From: an uncultured Gammaproteobacteria bacterium
Lineage (GTDB): Bacteria > Patescibacteriota > Patescibacteriia > Buchananbacterales > UBA6539
DNA: 64,000 bases
Direction of reading: 5' to 3'
NCBI GenBank assembly: GCA_964535715.1
Contig: CAZHUO010000002.1
Coordinates: 16,916-80,915 of the forward strand
Below, in pieces: positions 6,847-15,600 of this stretch; position 1 is the first letter of the stretch; every line of letters starts with the position of its first letter. The notes under the pieces were generated by a model. That model saw only the letters and a program-made list of their open reading frames with translations, did no database searches and was not told the origin of the DNA. A program made the translations under genes and the position numbers.

Positions 6847-7674
6847 GTGAAAAAACTTTTTTATTTATTTTTATTAATATTTTTTTTCTTTTCATTTTAT
6901 TTAGGCTTAAAATTTTTTTACATTCAGAAAGAAAATAAAAGCCAAATCAATAGAGAAAAATTAGAAGAAACCGAAATCAAAGAGCAAAAAATAATTCCAG
7001 AACACGCCAAGGTGCCGATTCTAGTTTATCATCATATCAGGGATTTTTTGCCAAAAGACAGCGCAAATAGCCGGACTTTTATTGTTCCCGCTTCTGATTT
7101 TGCCAATCAGCTTAAATATTTGAAAGATAATGGCTTTGAAGCAATTTCCTTTAAAAATTTACTTGATTATTTTACCGGTGATTTTTCTATGCCAAACAAG
7201 CCGATAATCATTTCATTTGACGACGGGTTGATTAATCAATACCAAAATGCATTTCCGCTGCTCAAAGAATACGGTTTTTCCGCAACATTTTTTATTTTTA
7301 CAAACCCCATAGGAAAAAGCGAAAATTATATGAGCTGGGAAAATGTCAAAGAATTGAATGATGCGGGAATGGAATTTGGCATTCACGGCCATTACCATCT
7401 TTATTTTGACAAAATCAGCCCTGATGAGCTTGATAAAGAAATTGTTTTCAGCAAACAAGTACTAGAGGAAAAGATTAATAGCATGATCGATGTTATTGCC
7501 TATCCTTTTGGCAGTTATAACGATGAAGCATTGAATAAAATAAAAAAAGCTGGCTTTTTTGCTGCGAGAGGGATTACTAATGGCGTAATACATTATAAAG
7601 ATGATTTTTATGATTTAAATAGTTATTTTATAACGGATGATTTTTCGCGTTTTAAAAATATTGTTGAACAATAA
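6847..7674 (+). CDS. Polysaccharide deacetylase (NodB-type), membrane-anchored
   Basis: N-terminal TM segment, PILVYHHI, IISFDDG, HGHYH. GTG start adjoining the rlmN stop. Confidence 0.8.
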   Translation: MKKLFYLFLLIFFFFSFYLGLKFFYIQKENKSQINREKLEETEIKEQKIIPEHAKVPILVYHHIRDFLPKDSANSRTFIVPASDFANQLKYLKDNGFEAISFKNLLDYFTGDFSMPNKPIIISFDDGLINQYQNAFPLLKEYGFSATFFIFTNPIGKSENYMSWENVKELNDAGMEFGIHGHYHLYFDKISPDELDKEIVFSKQVLEEKINSMIDVIAYPFGSYNDEALNKIKKAGFFAARGITNGVIHYKDDFYDLNSYFITDDFSRFKNIVEQ

Positions 7675-7772
7675 AATCCGCCTTAAATTGTAATAATATA
7701 TCGGCAAATTACGCCCTTGTCTAATATTTTATACTTAATGATTAAATCAGTCTTAAAAAACAAATGATTTTC

Positions 7773-7801
7773 TTGGCAAAAATATTGAAATACGCTATAA
7801 T
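7773..7801 (+). promoter_or_regulatory. Candidate promoter of the HU gene
   Basis: TTGGCA (7773-7778), 17 nt, TATAAT (7796-7801). Confidence 0.5.
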
Positions 7802-7832
7802 AAATATATAATTAATAATTTTCTTAAAAAAA

Positions 7833-8114
7833 ATGGCTAAAATGACCAAATCTCAAACGCTTGCAGCATTGTCTGAAAGCACTGAGTTAAGCAAAAAAGA
7901 CGTAGCTAATCTACTTGATAAGCTAGTCGAGTTAGCTTATTCAGAAGTCAAGAAAAGCGGCGAATTTGCCATCCCTGGTGTTGGTAAATTAGTAAAAATG
8001 AACAGAAAAGCCAGAATGGGAAGAAATCCTGCCACCGGCGAAGAAATCAAAATCCCGGCAAAAACTGTTGTTAAATTCAGAGTTGCCAAAGCCGCAAAAG
8101 AAGCTGTTTTATAA
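7833..8114 (+). CDS. hup: HU family DNA-binding protein
   Basis: 93 aa, GEFAIPGVGKLVKMNRKARMGRNPATGEEIKIPAKTVVKFR. Confidence 0.9.
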   Translation: MAKMTKSQTLAALSESTELSKKDVANLLDKLVELAYSEVKKSGEFAIPGVGKLVKMNRKARMGRNPATGEEIKIPAKTVVKFRVAKAAKEAVL

Positions 8115-8133
8115 AAGCTTTATAAAAATAAAG

Positions 8134-8158
8134 GAGCCTGAAATTTTAGGCTCTTTTA
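8134..8158 (+). terminator. Intrinsic terminator after the HU gene
   Basis: GAGCCT (8134-8139) / AGGCTC (8148-8153) followed by TTTT. Confidence 0.7.
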
Positions 8159-8230
8159 TTATTCTAAGCAAGTTAGCATTTTTTCATTAACCTTTTTTCA
8201 AAAATAATGTATAATTAAAATAATGATTTT

Positions 8231-9583
8231 ATGACAAAAAAATGCGATAAAAAAACAAAAGCCTGGATAGTTTCTGTTGATATGGGTTATGGCCATCAGC
8301 GGCCCGCTCATGCTTTAAGGCACTTGGCAAATAAAGGCAGAGTCATCACCGCAAATAATTATCCCGGCATTCCTTCTTTTGATCGAAAAATTTGGTATGA
8401 AAGCCGGAGATTTTATGAATTTATGTCGCGTTTTAAGAATGTGCCTATTATCGGGGATAAGGCTTGGAAGATATATGATAACATGCAGGAAATTCCGGAA
8501 TTTTATCCAAAACGCGATTTGTCGAAGCTTAGCCTTCAGATCAGGCAGATTTATTCAATTATTGAGTCTAAAAAATGGGGCAGCCATTTAATAAATAAAT
8601 TGTCAAAAAATCCTTTGCCTTTAGTCTCAACTTTTTTTATCTCGGCATTTATGGCCGAAACTTTTAAATATCCGGGAGAAATATATTGTTTGGCTACCGA
8701 TACCGATATTAATCGGGCCTGGGCGCCAAAACAGCCGGCTTCTTCCAAGATAAAATATTTTGCTCCAAGTTATCGAGTGGTGGAAAGGCTTAAGCTATAC
8801 GGCGTTCCGGCCGAAAAGATTTTTTTAACCGGTTTTCCTTTGCCTTTGGAAAACACCGGCAACCTGAATCTTAATATTTTAAAAAAAGATTTAAAAAACA
8901 GGTTGGCTAATTTGGATCCAAATGGCAATTATTGGAAAACGTACCATGATGTTGCCGAAAAACATGCAGGTATTAAAAAATTGCCGGCTAAATCTGATCA
9001 TATACTGACCTTAATGTTTGCCGTCGGCGGCGCCGGTGCTCAAAGAGAAATCGGAGTGCAAATAATTAAAAGTTTGAAAAATAAGATTATTAAAAAGAAA
9101 ATAAGGGTAATTCTGGTGGCTGGAATTCATAATAGCCTAAATCAATTTTTCCGCAAATCAGTTGTGGATAACGGCTTGAAAAAGGAATTGGAAAATGGAG
9201 TAAAGATTATTTTTTCTGCCGGAAAATATGATTATTTTAAAAAATTTAATAAAGCATTGCGTACAACTGATGTTTTATGGACTAAGCCGTCCGAGCTGAG
9301 TTTTTATTGCGCTTTGGGAATACCGATTATTATTGCACCGCCAATAGGTTCTCAGGAAGAATTCAACCGGCGCTGGCTTAGGACTATTGGATCAGCTTCA
9401 AGTCAATTTGATCCAAAATATTGTAACGAATGGTTTTTTGATTGGGTTAATTCCGGCTGGCTGGCTGAAGCGGCAATGCAGGGTTTTGTTGAAGCGCCGA
9501 AATTCGGGACTTATAATATTGAAAAGATAATTTGCCATGAGTTTGAAAAGGCTAAAAAGCCCAAGATGGTTTTGCAGTATTAA
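8231..9583 (+). CDS. GT-B glycosyltransferase-like protein (MGDG synthase / GT28-like)
   Basis: N-terminal MGYGHQRPAHAL and C-terminal TKPSELSFYCALGIPIIIAPPIGSQEEFN resemble the UgtP/MurG-type donor-binding region. Motif-level call only. Confidence 0.5.
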   Translation: MTKKCDKKTKAWIVSVDMGYGHQRPAHALRHLANKGRVITANNYPGIPSFDRKIWYESRRFYEFMSRFKNVPIIGDKAWKIYDNMQEIPEFYPKRDLSKLSLQIRQIYSIIESKKWGSHLINKLSKNPLPLVSTFFISAFMAETFKYPGEIYCLATDTDINRAWAPKQPASSKIKYFAPSYRVVERLKLYGVPAEKIFLTGFPLPLENTGNLNLNILKKDLKNRLANLDPNGNYWKTYHDVAEKHAGIKKLPAKSDHILTLMFAVGGAGAQREIGVQIIKSLKNKIIKKKIRVILVAGIHNSLNQFFRKSVVDNGLKKELENGVKIIFSAGKYDYFKKFNKALRTTDVLWTKPSELSFYCALGIPIIIAPPIGSQEEFNRRWLRTIGSASSQFDPKYCNEWFFDWVNSGWLAEAAMQGFVEAPKFGTYNIEKIICHEFEKAKKPKMVLQY

Positions 9584-9585
9584 GT

Positions 9586-9660
9586 CATGGAACAGAGAAC
9601 ATAAAACATGGAACAAAAGCTTAATATTGCATGTTCTGTGGTATGTGTTTTATGTTCCAT
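9586..9660. repeat. Long imperfect AT-rich word hairpin (ATGGAACA/GAACATAAAACA words)
   Basis: Left arm ATGGAACAGAGAACATAAAACATGGAACA and right arm TGTTCTGTGGTATGTGTTTTATGTTCCAT pair in blocks of 8, 7 and 5 bp. Confidence 0.6.
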
Positions 9661-9693
9661 AAATCATGAATTTGTGTTATATTAAAATTACAT

Positions 9694-11442
9694 ATGAAAA
9701 ACAGCCAAAATACTAAAAATAACATTTTCACCTGGAAAATCGGCGGAATTGCCGGCGGGGGACAGCAAGCAGCTGGCCTGATTTTTACTAAAGCTTGTGT
9801 TCGCGGTGGCCTGTATACTTTTGACAGCTCCGAATATCCCTCGCGAATTCGCGGCGGGTTGGTAACTTACCGAGTCAGCATTTCCGAAAAACCGGTAATG
9901 GCAATTTACCAAAAAACTCAGCTATTAATTGCTTTGAATCGTGAAGCTTTTGACTACTGTCTACTGGATATGACCAAAGATGGTGTAATTTTATATGATA
10001 GCGATAATTTTGAAATAAAACCCAGTGAAGCCAAAGGAATTAAAGTTTATCCAATGCCTTTGGAAAAATTAGCTAAAGAAGCCGGCATTAAGCCGATTGC
10101 CGTAAATATTATCATTACCGGCGCTTGTGCGGCTTTGCTTGATTATGACTTAGGCATTCTGGATGAGGTTATTAAAGATTCATTTGCCGACAAGGGTCAA
10201 GAAGTTGTAGACATGAATATTACGGCTTCTAAGTTTGGTTATGACTATGCGGTCAAAAATTTTGATACCAAAAATTTTCCTTATAAATTAAAGCCTTTAA
10301 AGAAAAATAATGATTCGATGATTGTCACTTCCAACGATACGCTTTCTTTGGGAGCGGTTGCCTGCGGCTGTAAATTTTTAGCAGCTTACCCGATGACTCC
10401 AGCTTCTTCGATTATGCACAATTTGGCCGCCTGGGCGGAAAAACATGGCATGGTAGTCAAACATGCCGAAGACGAGATTTCCGCCATGCATATGGCAATT
10501 GGTGCGGGTTATGCCGGAGTTAGGTCAATGACTTGCACATCCGGGGGTGGTTTTGCTTTGATGTCTGAAGCCTTGGCTTTAGCCGGAATTACTGAAACGC
10601 CTGTTGTAATTGCTGAGGCGCAAAGGCCCGGCCCGGCCACCGGCTTGCCGACTTGGACTGAGCAAGGAGATTTGGATTTTCTGCGCCATGCCGGCCACGG
10701 CGAATTTATTCGGGTAATCTTGGCGCCGGGTGATCCTAAAGAAGCTTTTAATTTAACTGTTTTGGCTTTTAACTTGGCTGAAGTCTGGCAAATTCCGGTT
10801 TTTGTTTTGGTTGATAAATATATTGCCGAGGGTCATCAATCAATTGAAGATTTAAGCATTAATAAGATAAAAATTGATCGTGGAGAGCTTCTAAGTGAAG
10901 AACAGCTGGCAAAAATTAAAGACTTTAAGCGATATGAATATTCTAAATCAGGAGTTTCGCCTCGTTCTATTCCAGGCCAAAAAGGCGGAGTCTATTTGGC
11001 AAACAGCGATGAGCATGAAGAACACGGCTATACAATCGAAGGGTACGATGCAAAAACTCGGAAGCTGATGGTTGAAAAAAGAGCTTCTAAATTATCTGGT
11101 ATATTAAAAGATTTGCCCAAGCCGGAGTTATTTGGATCTAAATCAGCCAAGTTAACTTTAATCGGCTGGGGTTCAGTCAAAGGTCCGGTTTTGGAAGCAT
11201 TGAAAGTTTTAGATCAAGTAAATTATGTTCATATAGCCGCTCCTTGGCCTCTTAATGCTGATGAAGTCAGAAAAGTTCTAAAAGGAACCAAGAAATTGGT
11301 TGCTATTGAAAATAATCATACCGGCCAACTGGCTAATATTTTGGAACAAAACGGAATTAAAATTGATGAAAGATTAAACAAGTTCGATGGCGCCCAGTTT
11401 TTTCCGGAAGAAGTCATTGAGTCAGTTAGTAAGTTAAAATAA
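9694..11442 (+). CDS. 2-oxoacid:ferredoxin oxidoreductase, fused gamma/alpha subunit
   Basis: 582 aa, YPMTPASSIMHNLA, AEDEISAMHMAIGAGYAG. Followed by the TPP-binding beta subunit gene. Confidence 0.85.
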   Translation: MKNSQNTKNNIFTWKIGGIAGGGQQAAGLIFTKACVRGGLYTFDSSEYPSRIRGGLVTYRVSISEKPVMAIYQKTQLLIALNREAFDYCLLDMTKDGVILYDSDNFEIKPSEAKGIKVYPMPLEKLAKEAGIKPIAVNIIITGACAALLDYDLGILDEVIKDSFADKGQEVVDMNITASKFGYDYAVKNFDTKNFPYKLKPLKKNNDSMIVTSNDTLSLGAVACGCKFLAAYPMTPASSIMHNLAAWAEKHGMVVKHAEDEISAMHMAIGAGYAGVRSMTCTSGGGFALMSEALALAGITETPVVIAEAQRPGPATGLPTWTEQGDLDFLRHAGHGEFIRVILAPGDPKEAFNLTVLAFNLAEVWQIPVFVLVDKYIAEGHQSIEDLSINKIKIDRGELLSEEQLAKIKDFKRYEYSKSGVSPRSIPGQKGGVYLANSDEHEEHGYTIEGYDAKTRKLMVEKRASKLSGILKDLPKPELFGSKSAKLTLIGWGSVKGPVLEALKVLDQVNYVHIAAPWPLNADEVRKVLKGTKKLVAIENNHTGQLANILEQNGIKIDERLNKFDGAQFFPEEVIESVSKLK

Positions 11443-11489
11443 GTCTAGATAAGTCCAGACAAGAATCTTATCTTGACTTATCTCGACTT
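11441..11489. repeat. 23-bp-stem hairpin between the oxidoreductase subunit genes
   Basis: AAGTCTAGATAAGTCCAGACAAG-aat-CTTATCTTGACTTATCTCGACTT, 20 of 23 positions paired. Confidence 0.75.
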
Positions 11490-11506
11490 AATCCTTATTT
11501 CTATTT

Positions 11507-12361
11507 ATGTCTACCGAAAAAGATTTTATAACTCCCATAAAGCCCACTTGGTGTGTCGGATGCGGCAATTTTGGCATTTGGACGGCTTTAAGGCAGGCCT
11601 TGGCTGAATTAGGGTTGGAGCCCCATCAGGTTGCAATGGTTTTTGATATAGGTTGCTGCGGCAATGGCGCCAATTGGCATAACCTGTACGGCTTTCACAG
11701 TCTTCACGGCCGGCCTTTGCCGGTTGCATATGCCGTTAAGCTGGCAAATCATGATTTGAAAGTGATTGCCATTTCCGGCGATGGCGGCGGCTATGGCGAG
11801 GGTGGAAATCATTTTATTCATACTTGCCGAGGAAATATTGATATAACTTATATCATTCATAATAACCACCGCTATAGCTTAACCACCGGCCAATCTTCGC
11901 CGACTTCCGAGCAGGGAGCAAAAACCAAGTCAACTCCGGCCGGACTGATTGAAAAGCCTTTCAACGGCCTTCAGGTGGCAATAACTTGTGGCGCCACCTT
12001 TGTCGCCCAAGGCTATTCTGACGAGGTTGTCCATCTAAAAGAAATATTTAAAAAAGCCATCAGTCACAAGGGATTTTCTTTAGTTGATGTTTTACAGCCA
12101 TGCGTGATATTCAATGACAAAGATATCCGCCAGCAATACCGCGAAAAGACATACAAGCTTGAAGAATCCGGTTACAAGCCAAGCGATAAGCTTGAGGCTT
12201 ATAAAAAAGCAGGGGAGACTGAAAAATTGCCGATCGGCATATTATATCAGGAAGTCCGCCCTAGTTATGAAAGCCAGCTTTCCCAGCTTTTCAAGCAGCC
12301 TTTAGTAAAGCAGAAGGTGGAAAAAGTTGAAATTGCCGAGTTATTAAAAGAATTTAAATAA
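11507..12361 (+). CDS. 2-oxoacid:ferredoxin oxidoreductase, beta (TPP-binding) subunit
   Basis: WCVGCGNFGI and GDGGGYGEGGNHFIH. Confidence 0.85.
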   Translation: MSTEKDFITPIKPTWCVGCGNFGIWTALRQALAELGLEPHQVAMVFDIGCCGNGANWHNLYGFHSLHGRPLPVAYAVKLANHDLKVIAISGDGGGYGEGGNHFIHTCRGNIDITYIIHNNHRYSLTTGQSSPTSEQGAKTKSTPAGLIEKPFNGLQVAITCGATFVAQGYSDEVVHLKEIFKKAISHKGFSLVDVLQPCVIFNDKDIRQQYREKTYKLEESGYKPSDKLEAYKKAGETEKLPIGILYQEVRPSYESQLSQLFKQPLVKQKVEKVEIAELLKEFK

Positions 12362-12378
12362 TTTTTGAATAAAAAAGT

Positions 12379-13962
12379 ATGAAAAAATTTTTTATTTTAG
12401 TTGTCCTTTCTTTTTTAGTTATTCCAATATTCTCAGCCAAAGCAGCAGAAACTCTTGCTCAGCGTCTGAAGGGCTATATCCTTCTTCAGGTTGAAGAGCG
12501 CGGGGAAGCCTGGTATGTAAACCCCGATGATTCAAAAAGATATTACATGAAAGACGGGGTAGTCGCCTATGAAATGCTAAGAGAGTTTGGATTGGGTATT
12601 GCTGATGCAGATTTGGCTAAAATTCCAGTAGGCATTGAAGAAAGGTTTGAAGATACTGATACCGACAAAGACGGCTTAGCCGACAGGCTTGAAGAAGGTT
12701 TGGAAACCAATTTAAATTTAGCAGATACTGACAAAGACGGAGTTTCAGACGGCCAAGAAGTAAAAAGCGGCAATAATCCCTTAGGCGCAGGCAAAATGGC
12801 AGTTGACACCAACTTGGTAGGCAGGCTGAAAGGAAAAATTCTCCTTCAGGTTCAAAAAGCCGGCCAGGCCTGGTATATCAACCCAAAAGACGGCAAGCGT
12901 TACTACATGAAAAACGGCGATGCCGCCTACCAAATCATGAGATTTTTAAGCCTGGGTATTACTAATTCCGATTTGGAGAAGATTACAAAGAGTGATTGGT
13001 CTGTTCCTAATATAAGCCAGTCGAAGTCAGATCATTTTTTTGTTAAAAAAATTACAGATAATTTTTTTTCGCCTAAAATTGATAGTAATAACGGCATATA
13101 CTATTTATCAAGAGGTTCGGAAAATAGTTCAGAACTTAGAAAATTTACATTATCAGCCGATTTAATTATTGCAGAAAAAGGATTATGGAACATATATGTT
13201 GATAATAAAAATAATATCTGGGGCTACAATTCTTATGATGATACTGATGACGGGCTTTATTTTTTGGATAATACAAAATTAACAAAGTTTACTGCTGGTG
13301 ATTATTATTTGAAGTGGGTAAAAGTTGCTTCTGAAAATGATTTTTTACCAAGCAGTTCAATATATGATATAGCTTCAAATTCGGAAGGCTTGTGGATTGC
13401 GACAGATAAAGGTTTGGTGTTTTATAATTATAATACCTGGAAAACATTTACTTATAACGATTGGAAACCGGATGATTATTTCAAAGATAATAGAATAGAC
13501 CAGGTTGAAGCAAATGATTCATATGTGGTATTCAGGTCAGTATTTGATACTTATGTTTATAAGGATGGAAAATTTATTGAAATCAGCGATATGGTTGATG
13601 GTATGTCTGATCTTTATTTGGATGGGAATTTTTTATGGCAATATACTAATAATAGTTATATAACTAAAGGCGTATATAGATATAACATCAATACAAAAGA
13701 ACAAAAATTATTTGGTAATGAAGAAGGATTGGATAATCTTAAAATCGACTCTGTTTCAAAAGATTCTCAAGGAAATCTTTGGTTTGCGGCTAATGCAGAT
13801 AAAGATGAATTTGGTGGATTATACAAATATGACGGCAGCAATTTTACTAAATATTTTAGAGACGAAGGCTCAACTAGTTTCAATTTTTATGATTTATTAA
13901 TTGATTCTAATGATAATATTTATGCATGTGGGTTAGGTGATTTATACAAATTGGAATTTTAA
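12379..13962 (+). CDS. Secreted repeat protein (duplicated RLKGxILLQV...AWY.NP.D.KRYYM domain, TSP3-like DTDKDG repeats, C-terminal propeller-like region)
   Basis: Signal peptide MKKFFILVVLSFLVIPIFSAKA. Two roughly 60-aa repeats. DTDTDKDGLAD and DTDKDGVSDGQE. Confidence 0.7.
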   Translation: MKKFFILVVLSFLVIPIFSAKAAETLAQRLKGYILLQVEERGEAWYVNPDDSKRYYMKDGVVAYEMLREFGLGIADADLAKIPVGIEERFEDTDTDKDGLADRLEEGLETNLNLADTDKDGVSDGQEVKSGNNPLGAGKMAVDTNLVGRLKGKILLQVQKAGQAWYINPKDGKRYYMKNGDAAYQIMRFLSLGITNSDLEKITKSDWSVPNISQSKSDHFFVKKITDNFFSPKIDSNNGIYYLSRGSENSSELRKFTLSADLIIAEKGLWNIYVDNKNNIWGYNSYDDTDDGLYFLDNTKLTKFTAGDYYLKWVKVASENDFLPSSSIYDIASNSEGLWIATDKGLVFYNYNTWKTFTYNDWKPDDYFKDNRIDQVEANDSYVVFRSVFDTYVYKDGKFIEISDMVDGMSDLYLDGNFLWQYTNNSYITKGVYRYNINTKEQKLFGNEEGLDNLKIDSVSKDSQGNLWFAANADKDEFGGLYKYDGSNFTKYFRDEGSTSFNFYDLLIDSNDNIYACGLGDLYKLEF

Positions 13963-13975
13963 TTTAAATTAATTT

Positions 13976-14008
13976 AAAAATAGCACCTTCATTACGGAGG
14001 TGCTTTTT
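13976..14008. terminator. Bidirectional intrinsic terminator
   Basis: aaaaa-GCACCTTC-attac-GGAGGTGC-ttttt, between convergent ORFs. Confidence 0.7.
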
Positions 14009-14210
14009 AATGGTTTTTTTTGCCACCTATGGGCAAAATTTCGCCACAGCGAGAGCATGGCTCGCAGCCTTTTATTTTGTGTCCGACCCATGAACACCAA
14101 AGAGCATACCAAATCCATTTTTTTAGAATAATTTTCCTTTCCTCTGAAATTGAACTCTTGCCGTTTTTTTTTGCGATTTCTTTTGCGCCGTTTCTGTGAT
14201 TTTTTTTCAT
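14007..14210 (-). CDS. Small Lys-rich hypothetical protein with C-terminal CX2CX2C
   Basis: 67-aa ORF with GGGTGAG upstream of the ATG. WCSWVGHKIKGCEPCSRCGE. The Cys-coding part coincides with a GC hairpin, so it may be non-coding. Confidence 0.3.
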   Translation of the reverse strand: MKKNHRNGAKEIAKKNGKSSISEERKIILKKWIWYALWCSWVGHKIKGCEPCSRCGEILPIGGKKNH

Positions 14211-14286
14211 TTTCTCACCCTTTTAAGTTAGTATGGATTAGTCCTAAACAGCAAAGGATGATACTTTTATATTACTTCAATTTAAT

Positions 14287-14308
14287 AAAAAAAGCCATCT
14301 ATGATGGC
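14287..14308 (-). terminator. Intrinsic terminator (minus strand), about 175 nt downstream of the L,D-transpeptidase stop
   Basis: On the minus strand: GCCATC-ata-GATGGC followed by TTTTTTT. Confidence 0.55.
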
Positions 14309-14484
14309 GTAGTATTAATATGTAAATTATTATTAAATCCTAAACTCTAAATCCTAAATCCTAAATTCCAATTCTCCAAACGTTTGGAATTTATAATTTG
14401 TTATTTAGAATTTATTCGCCGAAGGCGAATCGCCGCCATTGGCGGGCAAGCGCCTACGGCGGAGATATTAGGATTTAAAATTTC

Positions 14485-15216
14485 TTATCGGCCTTCTTTT
14501 TTATCAAACTCTTTATTTTGGATTTCAACCAGTGTCGCTTTCGGCACAGTATCAAATAATTCAATGACGTCTTTATTTATCATCCGAATACAGCCATGGG
14601 AAGCCGGCTCGCCGATAAGGCCTTCCTCGTTAGTTCCATGAATAAATATGCCCCTTTGAGCGGAATTATCATTTATTCCTTTTTCCAAACCCTCAAGCGC
14701 TAAAAGCCTGGTAGTCATTAAATCACTAGGTGCTTGGACGTGCTCGGTATATATTGTAGTTTTGCCTTTTTTGCTTTGTTTTTCAAAAACAGTCCCTAAC
14801 TCTGCATTGTCGCCGATTTTAGCAGATATGCGGTGAGTTCCAAAAGGCGTTTTATTGCTATTATTTTTATTGCTAATACCTTTGGCAGCGGTTGAAATAT
14901 TATATGATTTGACAATTTGGTTATCTTTTACAAGAAGCATTTCCTGACGTTCAGGGTTAATGACTATGGCGAATTCTTCGGGTTTTAAATTGAAGTTGCT
15001 GGTTAATTTTTCTACGCTTTCCTTGATTTCTTCCCAGATTTGCTCCGGCGTTCTTTCTTGCTCTTTTTGTTCTGCGTCAGCTGATTTTAAAGAAAGCAGT
15101 TCTTTGGCAGCTAAAGCGCCAAAAAAGGCCTGTTTTAAAAATTCACGACGAGTTGGCTTGTTATTTTTTTCAGTTTTAGATTCTTCCGTTTCCGGATTAA
15201 ATGTTTCTTTTTCCAT
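14485..15216 (-). CDS. L,D-transpeptidase (YkuD family) with a Tat-like signal
   Basis: [15 protein letters not shown]. Catalytic [23 protein letters not shown]. Confidence 0.85.
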   Translation of the reverse strand: MEKETFNPETEESKTEKNNKPTRREFLKQAFFGALAAKELLSLKSADAEQKEQERTPEQIWEEIKESVEKLTSNFNLKPEEFAIVINPERQEMLLVKDNQIVKSYNISTAAKGISNKNNSNKTPFGTHRISAKIGDNAELGTVFEKQSKKGKTTIYTEHVQAPSDLMTTRLLALEGLEKGINDNSAQRGIFIHGTNEEGLIGEPASHGCIRMINKDVIELFDTVPKATLVEIQNKEFDKKEGR

Positions 15217-15236
15217 AAGAAATAATGTAATTTATT

Positions 15237-15585
15237 GGCGACGTAGGGCGAGAGTCCCGCACCTATTTTACTCATCAATCATTTTCAAGATTAATTTTTT
15301 CTACAGTATAAAATAAATTATTTAACCTAAACAGTGATCAGTAAAATAGGTGCGGGATCTAGTTAAGCCGCTACGACGCAGGTTTAATTAATGAATCTTA
15401 TCGTGAAAAGGGAGCCATCAAAGGGTGAAATACCCGAAAGCGCTCCGTCGCCAAAGCGGTACTTATCCAGTTTTGACGCGTCAACGACTTGTCCCGATTA
15501 ATCCTTCGCCTTTGGCGGAGTGAAAAATCTTAGATCCCGTCTTATTCATATCTAATTATAAAGCGGGACTCCGTGGTTAATACCC
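15237..15585. mobile_element. 349-bp GC-rich structured non-coding insertion with a 6-bp TTTATT target duplication (MITE-like / mobile ncRNA candidate)
   Basis: The string ATAATGTAATTTATTAAATATATT-TGG is contiguous at 16122-16148. Here it is split after TTTATT (15231-15236) and resumes with TTTATT (15586-15591). Subterminal IR GAGTCCCGC / GCGGGACTC. An 18-bp stem at 15255-15272 / 15340-15357. Confidence 0.5.
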
Positions 15586-15600
15586 TTTATTAAATATATT

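Noticed and set aside
14384-15316. Plus-strand ORFs 14384-14641 and 14960-15316 overlapping the L,D-transpeptidase gene and the structured element.
   Set aside because: They are antisense to a motif-supported CDS (SHGCIRM) or run through non-coding hairpins. Sequences are low-complexity and lack start signals.
15237-15585. RNase P RNA hypothesis for the structured element (GAGAGTCCCGC resembles GGAAAGUCC, AAGGGTGAAATACCC resembles AGGGUGAAA, AGATCCCGTCTTA resembles AGAACCCGGCUUA).
   Set aside because: I could not build a P4 helix from the candidate strands. The universally conserved GGAAAGUCC is imperfect. The flanking TTTATT duplication argues for an insertion. It stays unresolved until cmscan is run.
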